From NCBI GenBank assembly GCA_951406725.2, contig OX597814.1:126914001-126978000 (forward strand): a stretch of DNA of 64,000 bases, written 5' to 3'. Every line of letters starts with the position of its first letter. Position 1 is the first letter of the stretch. The DNA is from Octopus vulgaris. Its lineage: Eukaryota. The notes beneath the pieces are model-generated. The model had not been told where the DNA came from. It worked only from the letters and a program-made list of their open reading frames with translations, and searched no databases. The position numbers and the translations under genes are program-made. Positions 1-11,160 of the stretch are shown here, piece after piece.

Positions 1-566
1 TGGTTGGTGTTAAGAAGTGCATTTACTCATGGAAACTAGGCCGATAGTGAAATTTAGGAGTAGATGTGCACCAAATAGGAGAGCAGAAATGACTCATCTA
101 AACCCTGCCAGAATGTAATGGAAAGTGGGTACACACAGAGACTTAATGTTCCGTGTAATTCGAGAATATTGATATTAAGATCTTTATCTATTTCTTGAGT
201 TTTTTTCTTTTTTTTCGGGCGTACCAACATTCTCCGAGACTGATTTGAAACAGAATGGCTATGCTTCATTAAATTACATTCAAATGAATTTTTTTTTACA
301 CAGCACATAATAAAGCAGCTGTAAATTCTATGAGCCTTTCCCTTCACAACAATTTCGATACATAGTATTTTTGGCAATAGTCATGTAGTATTCTTGGCTG
401 TTAGAATAGCCTTATTCTATCTTAGGTCATTATTGATTCTCGATATGCGCTTTATTATTGATTTTGTTCCCTTTTCTCATCGATATTGTTAATAAGACAC
501 ATCGTGTGCTTTGGCAACTACCTCGGTTTTTGATAACTGATACTGTCGACATGTCTTTTAATGTTG

Positions 567-597
<31 letters not shown>

Positions 598-600
<3 letters not shown>

Positions 601-740
601 CTTTTACTTGTTTCAGTCATTTTGAGTGCGGTCATGCTGGAGCACCGCCTTTAGTCGAGAAAATCTATCCCAGGGCTTATTCTTTGTAAGCCTGGTACTT
701 ATTACGTCGGTTTTTTTCCGAACCGCTAAGTTACGGACAC
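598..740 (-). mobile_element. SINE family A, 3' fragment
   Basis: cttttacttgtttcagtcat... matches the family tail. Confidence 0.75.
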
Positions 741-1753
741 GCACATCAAGAAACTGAACTTTTGCTATCTTGAAATAAAAAAAAATAAAAACCTCAATGT
801 AGACAATTTGTAATCTGTGTAGGTAACACTAACAGCAGACTATTTACCATATATATATCAGTATTTAAAATTTCAATAAATGGTTAAATATCGCAGTATT
901 TTCCCTATCATTATGAGATGCAATTCTATATTCAAAACAGTCCTAATTTCAATAGATTTTTCACTAAATAAACGGCAACGCCGTAGCCTGAAATGTAGCG
1001 ACACTGACACTCCTCTTTCTCCCTTACTCACACACCCATCTTTGATTTGATCATAACGGTTAATGTTTACATTAACCATAATATCAGTGCCCTTATTACA
1101 TGTTTATCGTAAAAAAAAAAGAGTGGGTGGTAAAACAAAAATGCAGTGTTAGAAAAAATTCTTTTAAAGCACGAAAAAGTGAGTAGCCCGTCATCCTAAG
1201 TTTGCTCAATCAGAATTGGGTGGAGCCAAATGACAAATTTTTCTTCGAGAAATGTCAGGTAACACATCATTTAATGACAGTATTACCCACACTTTGTTGT
1301 TGCGAATGCTCGACCATCACTAGACTCTTAAGTGTAATTCACAGCAATTGAAAAGTAGCCGCAAAAGTAACAGGTTTATTTCGTCCTTGACACACAGAAT
1401 GCTAACTATTGGATGGCAAAAATTAGAAAAATTGAGAGCAAATAAATTACAGACAGAAGGTGCCCAGAGAGAGTATAAATAAAAATTGAAAAAAAATCGG
1501 TGTTATACTGCGAGATCGTCAAATGATCTGAGGGAAATGTATTTCTCTCCTTTATTCTTTTAAACATATATTTATATAATATAAATATATATCATTTCAA
1601 CGTTGTATCTGGCTCGAAACTCGGAGAAAACTCTCCTGTAATTCCTAGTAAATATATCATCTATTGAGCACTTCCTCATTCATTTGTAAACTATAATATG
1701 CATATAAAATATTCAAGTATTCGACAATAAACTATTAAGTCTATTTGATTACA

Positions 1754-1771
1754 GTCACGTGTAAACGTGAC
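1754..1771. promoter_or_regulatory. Palindromic double ACGT/E-box site in a CpG-richer patch, candidate POMGNT2 promoter
   Basis: GTCACGT-gtaa-ACGTGAC perfect 7-bp inverted repeat containing CACGTG. Confidence 0.3.
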
Positions 1772-2109
1772 CAGAAAAAAAGAAAGAAAAACCGGGTAAC
1801 ATCCGGCTTACTATCTACGGATGTCAATAAAGGTCATAATATTGAATACTAATACTGTAGGCGTCAGTAATAGTTATGAAAATACTTGACTCCCGACCTT
1901 TTCCGTTATAATAATAATAATAAAATAATGAAATTATTGTATACAGTGCTCAGGTGCACCACAACTTGTCAAAAGTGCGTATAAAGCATATGCAGTAATG
2001 TACAAATGTACGTTGTTAATTTAAAGTAGAAAGTTTATATATACATTTTTCTTGTCTTTCGTCCTTTTCATATAGTTTACAGAATAAGATTTTAGATTGG
2101 ATGCTTCCT

Positions 2110-3000
2110 GTTATAGTGCCCCATTAGTGTGTATCAGCGTGTCTGTCTCTGAATGGAGCTCTTAATCCAGGTGTATCCCAGGGTTCAGGTATCTTTCATA
2201 TCCTTCCATATATGAATGACTTTATTGCATTATACGCCGCTTTACAAATTATTAAATACCCGGTGTTCTTCCTTAATCTTCAGACAGTATTCACATACAA
2301 CACCAGGCTAAACATACACAACTTCTATGTAACTTTGAGAATATCTTTCAGTAACGCCAAGCCCACCTAATTTCTTTCAACCAAGCGTCACTACAAGCAC
2401 AAACATACAATCACTGACGTATAAAGCAACAATCTTGAATCTTGCCTTCTCTACTCATGAACTATACATAACTGAAACTCTGAAAGTCACTATAAATGCT
2501 AGGCTTCACAATCTCTGACAGTCTTTCATGGCAACTCCACATCACTAAAATTTCACCACAGAGACAAAGCTTCTTCAGAGCCAGGAAATACTTCAGTCTT
2601 GATCAGTTTCCTAGCTCTTAGAACCATTTGACTGATTGGTAGAATGCCAACTACCAAAATATTATAACCTCTAGCTCAGATCTACTCTATTTCTGACCGC
2701 TATCACATTTATAGTAACCATTTTCTCTGCTCTTCTGGACTAGCTAATTATACCCAAACCTACTCAACTTGTCAGTCTCTCCTCTTCTCATCATGCTTAC
2801 TGTGTCATGCCTCTCAAATCCCACACTAAAAACTTCATCCAATCTTTTTCATGAACATCAAGATGGTAGAAAATCTTCCCCTCCCATTTCTTACTTGCAA
2901 ACATTAACCTACAGATGTTTGATGTGGGCATCAGCCACACTAGTATCATCAGTCTGAAACGACCTATAAAGGGCATGAGCACTACCCTACCATGTTTAAC
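2110..3000 (+). mobile_element. Highly decayed non-LTR retrotransposon RT remnant
   Basis: Traces of PQGS (cccagggttcagg) and a YMND-like motif, many stops. Confidence 0.4.
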
Positions 3001-3821
3001 TTATAAAAATAGTGTACTCACAATTTTGTTACATAGCATTTGCTGGAGTTAGATGGGTCCAATGTGGCAATAAATGTTGCACTGATCTTGGTGTAGATGT
3101 ATTTTATATTTGTTTGGATCAGGTGAGGAATATAGTTTTTTTTCTGTTGCTGTGTTGTAGTTTTGTAGTGTGTGTTTAGGTGTTAATAGATTATTAAACA
3201 AGTGTTGTATGGACTTGAGCAAACTTTAGTCATGAACTGTGCTTATCAGTTGTAACTTCCTAAACAACTGATACCACACTCTAAATATTTAGTGACCTTT
3301 TATTATCTATTAAGTGTCCATATCCCTTCCAGCTTGGAGTTCGTATAGGGAAGAGAGAGGGGATATAGTTGTAGAGATGAATGAGAGAAAGCTGCAGTTA
3401 TGGAGATGAAGATTTGAGCAAAGTACAGAATCCACAAGGTAACATTGTAGTGGAGGTAGTGGTGCATAGCTTAATAGTTCAATAGAACTGGTATTGGATG
3501 TTTAGTTTCGAACTTTAGTTGTGTGAGGGATGTAGAGGGTAAAACATGTTAAAGGATAATTCCACTTGGTTGGGCTATGGATGATCAGCATATAATTAAC
3601 ATTGTTGCATCATTTGAACTGATTTGAAGGGTGTGAAGTTGTGTCATAAAGTGATATGTGAGTTGCCTTGATAACATATCTACTTTTTCCATGAAAAAGA
3701 GAAATTGATTTATGTACTTCAGTTTTAGCCATTTTTTAACTTCATTTCTTTTTATGTATAAAAATGTTCAGTTGTACATCTAAGAAAAAAATATATACTT
3801 GAGCCATGTATCCAATTTCTT

Positions 3822-3844
3822 GATTTTTTTTTTTCTATTTGCAG
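3822..3844 (+). other. POMGNT2: Splice acceptor of the POMGNT2 coding exon (5' UTR intron)
   Basis: Long poly-T tract ending ttgcAG at 3844, about 90 nt before the ATG. Confidence 0.65.
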
Positions 3845-3935
3845 GAAGAAGAAAACATTCTATTGTTGCTCAAAGGAACAGTTTATTTAAACATTACTTA
3901 GCTATCTGAAGTGATATAAAGTAGTTTCTGTGAAA

Positions 3936-5732
3936 ATGCCGTCTCTCCATTATATTTCACATGCTGTTGCTCTTGCATTGATTGCAATGCTGATCAGAAA
4001 ATACATAGAACTGAAGATTTACCATGATGATGTCATGTCTTCATGTTACTTTTCTGAAGCAAACCATGAAAATTCAGAAGTAGAAAATGAAATTGAACAT
4101 GAAACACCTCCAAAAGCTCCTGTGCCAACTTCTGATGACCCTAGATTTCTAACACCAGAGTATTTGAATCAGAAACTATTTTCTGATGGCTCATCTGTAA
4201 CCTGTAATCCTACAGACCATGCTGCTCAACGGACTTGCCATTTTGTCAACCTGTGTTATTTTGCTGAAAGAGACAGTTACTTGTTTTTTCACAGTGATAA
4301 AAGTATACTCGAAAATATTCCTGTTAATCGATACTCTCCAACTTTAGTTGAATTATCTTCAGTTACAAACCATACTTACAATCATTTTAATTATATTGAC
4401 ATGCCTGTAAGTGCTTCTAGATTGTTCCACATAAAATGGGTGACAACTTCCAGTTTGATTATAAGAAGATTTAAACCTGACAATCTTATGCATGTCATTC
4501 ATGATGATATTCTACCTCTCTTTCAGACTCTCAGACATTTTAATCTTGCTGCCAATACTTCAGACCGCTTTCATTATAGATTAATATTTGATGATGAGTG
4601 GGGAGAAGGTCCTTTCTTAAAACTCTATGATATTCTCTCAGTGTATCAACCGATTTTTAAGTCTATGCTTCGTGAAGCCCCAGGATTGACTTGTTTTCAT
4701 CAAGCCTATGTTGGTTTAGTAAAATCTACTGCATGGTATGATTATGGCTTTTATAAGCCACAAGGTCCTCTTCCTGAAAGAAAGGTGAGCAGTGTTGAAA
4801 TTAACAGCTTATTGGAGTATACACGGAGAGAATTAGGTCTAAGCATCAATACTGATAATTCAGATTATTTAGTTCTCGTATCAAGGAAATCAACAAGGCT
4901 TATCTTGAATGAAATTGAATTAAGTTTAGCTTTGTCACGTGAGGTCCGTACTAAAGTGATTCATTTAAGTCAAGAACAGTATACAATTGAACAGATGATT
5001 GAAGTTGTGTCTAATTCTATAGGAATAATTGGAATGCATGGATCATTATTAACTCTTGCTATGTATTTACCTGCTGGTAGTATTTTAATAGAACTGTTCC
5101 CATATGCTGTAAATCCTGATCATTATTCTCCATATAAAACACTGGTTTCTTTGCCTGGAATGAACATTCTGTACAGAGCATGGCGTAATATGGAACAAAA
5201 GAAATCATTTGGTCATTTAACTATGGGAAATATTGAATATCTTCCTCATGATGAACAACAAAGAATTATTTCTCAAATGGAAGTGCCAAGACATATTTGT
5301 TGTGATGATCCATCATGGCTTTACCATATTTACCAAGACACTGAAGTTGATATTGAAACTATAATCTCCTTGACAAAAGAAGCTATTTTGGCCACAAAAA
5401 CTGAAAATAATCGGGCCGTGGATAAAATAGCTACAAACTTTGTCATACCTGATAAAGTTACACATGATAGTTGCAAAACTATGGTTGATGGCTCCAAGCA
5501 GATAATTATTTATTGGGAAATTCCTTGGAACTTACAGTTTTTCAACTATGAAATAGTTGAATATGAAGTGTTGTTGCAATACACCAAAAGTCCTGAAAAA
5601 TCTACAATTTTTAGAGTTTCAGCCAACTCCATAACACTAGAACCATCAGACAGTTTTTACATTGTGTGGGTTCGCTGTTGCTTGGATGAGATTCATATAG
5701 GACCATTTAAGCAAATTGCTTGTGTTGAATGA
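3936..5732 (+). CDS. POMGNT2: Protein O-mannose beta-1,4-N-acetylglucosaminyltransferase 2 (GT61 family), single coding exon, 598 aa
   Basis: First ATG at 3936 (the ORF track starts at a GTG). N-terminal signal anchor; motifs RFKPDNLMHVIHDDILP, IIGMHGSLL, ELFPYAVNPDHYSPYKTL and CCDDPSWLYHIYQDT; C-terminal FN3-like WEIPWNL. These match recalled vertebrate POMGNT2. Confidence 0.93.
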   Translation: MPSLHYISHAVALALIAMLIRKYIELKIYHDDVMSSCYFSEANHENSEVENEIEHETPPKAPVPTSDDPRFLTPEYLNQKLFSDGSSVTCNPTDHAAQRTCHFVNLCYFAERDSYLFFHSDKSILENIPVNRYSPTLVELSSVTNHTYNHFNYIDMPVSASRLFHIKWVTTSSLIIRRFKPDNLMHVIHDDILPLFQTLRHFNLAANTSDRFHYRLIFDDEWGEGPFLKLYDILSVYQPIFKSMLREAPGLTCFHQAYVGLVKSTAWYDYGFYKPQGPLPERKVSSVEINSLLEYTRRELGLSINTDNSDYLVLVSRKSTRLILNEIELSLALSREVRTKVIHLSQEQYTIEQMIEVVSNSIGIIGMHGSLLTLAMYLPAGSILIELFPYAVNPDHYSPYKTLVSLPGMNILYRAWRNMEQKKSFGHLTMGNIEYLPHDEQQRIISQMEVPRHICCDDPSWLYHIYQDTEVDIETIISLTKEAILATKTENNRAVDKIATNFVIPDKVTHDSCKTMVDGSKQIIIYWEIPWNLQFFNYEIVEYEVLLQYTKSPEKSTIFRVSANSITLEPSDSFYIVWVRCCLDEIHIGPFKQIACVE

Positions 5733-7126
5733 TTTGTTATGCTTGGCAATAATTGATAATATTCAAATTATGCTGGGGTCAACTTTGCCTCTCATCCTTC
5801 CAGGGTAGATTAAAATATAACATCAGTCAAGTTCTGGTCTTGATATAATTGACTAAATCCTCCCCAAAATTTGAGGCCTTGTGCCTGTATAAGAAAAAAA
5901 AATCAATGATTGATATTTGATGAAGTCAGTTCTCTATTTATTTTAGAAGGGTTATTTTCTTGAATTTAACTCTTATTCCAAAGTATTCATGTTGTAAATA
6001 ATTTGTCAGACATAAATAAATAAATTCCAGTTTACAGTCATTATCTAAGTATAAAAGCCTCTTTCCTTCTGAAAAGAGGAACATACCACTTAAATGCTTT
6101 TTTGTTTTTAGTCTGAAAAATGTATTTTCTTGTGTCAGCCAATATTTTAATGATTCATCCACTTCTCTCTCATTTCTGCCTCTCAATTACACACTATACA
6201 TGCACACACATACTTATGACAGACAGATATGAACCAGGAGTCATTCAGACTCAAGACTGGATTGGACTTCAAGAATAAAATTGTATATGTCATTAACTTA
6301 AAATGATTCATTACAGTTGGCCATATGTTTCACACTTATTTTCTAAGAAATGAAGCATTTAGTGAAGTTGATGAAATTTATACTCAAAATTTAGATTAAT
6401 TGTTTGTAGGGATATTCTAAATATAGATGTAGAAATTTGAATTGAATAGAAGAGAGTATAAAGGTAAGAGGGAATGTAGTGATGTAGATGAGGGTGGATA
6501 ATGACAAATGTACTGGTAGATATTTGAATTGGTAGAGAGAGAAAAAAAAGTTAAATAGGGAAATATTTAAGAAAGTATATTATGGAGGGGAATGAGTAGG
6601 AGAGTAGCATAAGGATGTGAGTAATAACTTATCTGTAAATAGTGAAAATATACAAAATATATAAACTTTACTTGTAAGGAATGAAGAAAGAATATGAATT
6701 TAAGATTGTATTTAGTATATATAGTAAAGAGTATTTAAATTGAACAAAATATAACCATAATCAAAGTATTTTTTTTTAAGTATGTTAAAACAAGCTAAGA
6801 AGAATGTATTTCTAGCTGTTGTAGATGTTTGAAGGAGGAGAGATGAGGAAGACAAATGAGATTAAGGGGGAGGTATGGGATAAAGAGATGAAGAAAAAAA
6901 CTAACCAATCCTACTGCATGGTGCCTTGGGCAAGTGTCTTTTACTGTAGTTCGTGGTTCAATTGCCTTTTGAGTGAAACTGTGTGTGCCCATGTGTAAAT
7001 AAAACTCAGTATATGCAATTGAAGCAGCATTAAATGAAAATTGCCATCTGTGTATCATAGTAAATGTATACACACTGAGAAGGCATGAAACTGGATTTGT
7101 TCAAGCTAAAATCTCTTCCTAGGCTT

Positions 7127-7480
7127 ATCATCATCATTGTTTAAACATCTGCTTTCCATGTTGGCATGAGTTGAACAGTTTGATTGAAAACTGGTAAGCC
7201 AGGGAGCTGCACCAGGTTCCAATCTGATTTGGCAAGGTTTCTACAGCTGGATGCCCTTCCTAATGCCATCCACTCCAAGAATGTAGTGGGTGCTTTTTAC
7301 ATGCCTCTAACGTGACACTGGCATCGGCCATGACTAGGATCTCACTTGGTTTGACAGGTCTGCACAAGCACAGTGTATCACCAAAGGTCTCAGTTACCTG
7401 TCACTGCTTCCATGAGGTCCAACATTTGAACGGTGCTTTTTATGTACCACCAGCACGGGTGCAAGCCAGATGACACTAAA
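7127..7480 (-). mobile_element. RTE-tail repeat, family B, (ATG)n tail
   Basis: catcat..tttaa..tttccatg..ctacagctggatgcccttcctaatgcc. Confidence 0.75.
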
Positions 7481-7580
7481 TATATATTGGAGTGAGACAA
7501 ACGTTGCTGCTGCAAAGACTCATGAGAATGCAATGCCAGTGAATATTTTATTCAGTTTCCTCTCTCTCTCTCTCTCTCTC

Positions 7581-7624
<44 letters not shown>

Positions 7625-7812
7625 GAAAAATAACCACCTTTATCAATTCAATAATGAAAAATTAAATTATATCATTTAGAAAAATTACATATTATAGGTG
7701 TTTTTTTTTCTAATTTATATATATATATATATTATATTTTGTGAAATTTGATTTAGTATTTCTAAATTGAATTTTTTCCCTGTAAGTTTGGAATAATATT
7801 CCCTCATATTAT

Positions 7813-7848
<36 letters not shown>

Positions 7849-7958
7849 AAGAATGAATTTTGTTTAAGCTGGTAACAATCAAGTACTTAGCACTGACAAA
7901 GGGAAAATATGTTGTGAGTTACTATAGCAACAATATTTGTTTCATTTGGATATATATA

Positions 7959-8155
7959 CAGTAATACTTCGACTGTCCTGGGTGTTATGTTCCAAAACCT
8001 CACCACAATAGGTGAAAATCCACGAAGTAGAATCAGTACTGTACTGTATATTATTATAATTTGTATATATTTATTTTATTATAAATGCAAACCAACACCA
8101 TGGTGGAATCGACGTAAGCTTAAATAATAAACCACAATATGGCAAAAGATTACTA
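7959..8155. mobile_element. Tc1/mariner (Tigger-type) MITE
   Basis: TA-flanked CAGTAAT start and a degenerate ATTACTA end. Confidence 0.5.
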
Positions 8156-9664
8156 TATTTTTTTCCTTTTTAACACAAGTGTATGATCTCCAACAAAAAC
8201 AGCTTCTTGCCTTATAACTGTGTATATATTTAGTGAGAAACAGATGGCAATATATGTATGTATGCATGTTTGCTTGCATATTTACATGTGTGTGTGTGCA
8301 CGTGTGGAGGCCCAAATATTCTCTAATTTCACTGGTCCCACTCCTGAACTATATGGTCGTTACATTGACGACATTATCGGTGCCACCTCACTCTCCCGTG
8401 AACATCTAGATTCCTTCCTCTCTTTCGTCCAATCTTTCCATCCAGCCCTCCACTTCACTTCCACTATCTCCAACACCTCTGTCTCCTTCCTCGACATTTC
8501 GGTTAGCATTCTTCACTCCACTCTTACCACCTCCATTCACTACAAACACACAGACTCACACTCATACCTCAACTTCTCTTCCTCCCACCCAGAACACACC
8601 AAGCTTTCCATCCCCTATTCCCAATTCCTCCGTCTACGTAGGCTCTGTAGTGACGACCATGACTTTGAGACTCAGTCTCAATGTATGGCTCACCACTTCA
8701 CCCTACGTGGATACCCCCTCACCACTATCCACACCGCCCTTGCCAGAGCAGATACACGGTCCGTGGACCGTGTATCTGCTCTCTCTCCCCGAACCCGCCC
8801 TGTAGTCTCCCGCCTCCCTTTTCCCCTCACTTACCACCCCACGACCCTACGTCTGCAACGCACCATTCTTCGAGCTTTCCGTCATCTCCAGTCCGACCCG
8901 TCCACTTCACACCTCTTCCCTAACCGATCCCTCCCCTCTTTCAAACGAGCCCACAACCTTCGAGACCTTTTGGTCCATAGCTCCTTCCCTGACCCTACCT
9001 CCCAACCCGGCTCGTTCCCCTGCTCCCGCCCACGTTGCCGCACTTGCCCTTACCTCTCCAACACCACCCTCCTCACTAGCACCCACCATCGACCCTATCC
9101 CATCATCCACTCCTTCACTTGCACCTCCAGCAATATTATCTATTGCGTCTCTTGCTCTCTCTGCCATTCCTTGTACATCGGACAAACGGGACGCCGCTTG
9201 GCTGACCGGTTCGCGGAACACCATCGTGACATCAACCTTGCGAACGACACACCGGTCTCACGCCATTTCCGCTCCACCGGTCACTCCTTGCAACACCTAT
9301 CTGTGTTCGGTTTGTCCTTACACAGAGGCCATCCGGATTCCCGTTTGTGCCGTGAACAGGAATTAATCTTCTCTCTTCCCTCTTATACGCCATTTGGTCT
9401 CAACTCTCCCCCTTCCTCATCTAACCCCTCCTCACCTATCCCCCCGACCCCTACTTCTTCAGTCCTTCATCCTTTCACCCCTACTCCCCTTCCCTTCTTC
9501 CCTCTTTCTCCCTCCCTCCTTCCCTCTTCCCCTTCCCTCTGCTCCCTCACTCCCCTTCCCTCTGCTCCCTCACTCCCCTTCTCTCTCCCCCTTTCCTCCT
9601 CCTCCCCTCCCCCCTCTCCACACTACACCACACGACTTTACACATCACATCATATATGATGTGC

Positions 9665-9960
9665 CATACTAATACATGCACCAACTAATACATACTAATA
9701 CATACACCAACCCTATACATACACACGTCCAGACCTCTCATACGCACTTATACTCTCTCATACACACACACACACACACTTATACATACTAATACGTACT
9801 AATACATACTAATACATACACCAACCCCATACATACGCATGTCCAGACCTCTCATACGCACTAATACTCTCTCATACACACACACACACACCCTTATACA
9901 TACTAATACATACACCAACCCTATACATACACACGTCCAGACCTCTCATACGCACTAATA
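9665..9960 (+). repeat. About 3 tandem ~95-110 bp units in the Penelope 3' region
   Basis: catactaatacatacaccaacc...gtccagacctctcatacgcac repeated. Confidence 0.85.
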
Positions 9961-10113
9961 GCTGGTCATTCAACCCTATTATCTCCCCTTATTTCGCTCT
10001 CGCGTCTCATGTTTGATCTTTGACCTCTGGCCGAAATCAGATCGCCATGTTGATTCGTTAGTTACTGCACGCATTTTTTTCTCTCCTTTCTGTGTTTTTT
10101 TTCTCTCTGTGTA

Positions 10114-10151
10114 TCTTTCTGTTGAAGAGCGTAGGCTCGAAACGTTAAAGA
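10114..10151 (+). ncRNA. Minimal type I hammerhead-ribozyme-like motif (A6U core variant) in the Penelope tail
   Basis: UCUUU-CUGUUGA-A-GAGC(GUAG)GCUC-GAAAC-GUU-AAAGA; stems I and II pair perfectly. Confidence 0.6.
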
Positions 10152-10761
10152 CTTGTTTTATTTATATTTCCTGAGCGCCATACTAATACAATTGTTTGTT
10201 TGTTTCCCACCTGCCTTCGTCTTTGTCTATTTTCATAAAGCTTCCCGTTATATATATATATGTATATACACCTATGTATATACATGTGAGTATATATATA
10301 TGTATATACACATGTATGTATAGTTGTGTATATGTATTTGTAATTGTATTTGGATGTTAACCCTGGAGTTTACTCTATAAAGCTCATCCATGGGTCCAGG
10401 CTATCAGACAGATGGTAATCTGGAGATTGATTGTTATATCAAACACATACCTGAAAATCCACAAAAACCTGCAATTTCTCTACAATTATAACCGGAGAAT
10501 GGAGTGAGCAAGTTCTATTTCATTAATTTACAATTGTTTCCTGGAAAATCCATCTTGTGAGCATTACTGTATTATGCAATAATATTGAAGGTCAGAATCA
10601 TACAAGAAAGTTATTTGCAGTGGAAAATTGAGTTAACAATAATTTATACCTATATCGAGTAGGACATGCTTAAATGATTATATTTACATATTACAAGCCA
10701 AACAAAAGAGACCCAGGTTTGAGTTGACTGGTCAAGGAAGAATCAGAAAAAAAAAAGCATA

Positions 10762-11160
10762 TAGGCGTAGGAGTGGCTGTGTGGTAAGTAGCTTGCTTAC
10801 GAACCAAATGGTTCCGGGTTCAGTCCCACTGCGTGGCACCTCGGGCAAGTGTCTTCTACTATAGCCTTGGGCCAACCAAAGCCTTGTGAATGGATTTTGG
10901 TAGATAGAAACTGAAAGAAGCCCGTCAATGTATATATGTATGTGTGTGTATATATATTTTTGTGTCTGTGTTTGTCCCCCCCAACATTGCTTGACAACTG
11001 ATGCTGGTGTGTTTACATCCCCATAACTTAGTGGTTCAGTAAAAGAGATCAATAGAATAAGCACTAGGCTTACAAAGAATAAGTCCTGGGATTGATTTGC
11101 TCGACTAAAGGTGGTGCTCTAGCATGGCCACAGTCACATGACTGAAACAAGTAAAAAGAG
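10762..11160 (+). mobile_element. tRNA-derived SINE family A (CORE-like, internal microsatellite)
   Basis: A/B-box head, gggcaagtg core, tgactgaaacaagtaaaa tail; many copies in the window. Confidence 0.85.

Larger units (their letters stand above)
8305..10250 (+). mobile_element. 5'-truncated Penelope-like retroelement (RT C-terminal half, GIY-YIG endonuclease, 3' tail)
   Basis: YGRYIDD RT motif, SSHP..TK.SIPYSQFLRLRRLCS thumb, CxxC..CxxC, YIGQTGRRLADRFAEH, LIF..GLN; GC-rich versus flanks; ends in (TA)n. Confidence 0.9.

Noticed and set aside
54-377. 107-aa minus-strand ORF
   Set aside because: Non-ATG start, runs through a poly-A tract into a family B repeat; no domain recognised.
1605-1645. 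ggctcgaaac hammerhead half-motif (also ctgaagag at 31151)
   Set aside because: The partner core motif and stems are missing.
8220-8304. N-terminal part of the 479-aa ORF as a host-transposon fusion
   Set aside because: It is microsatellite flank that happens to be in frame; no splice or promoter evidence.
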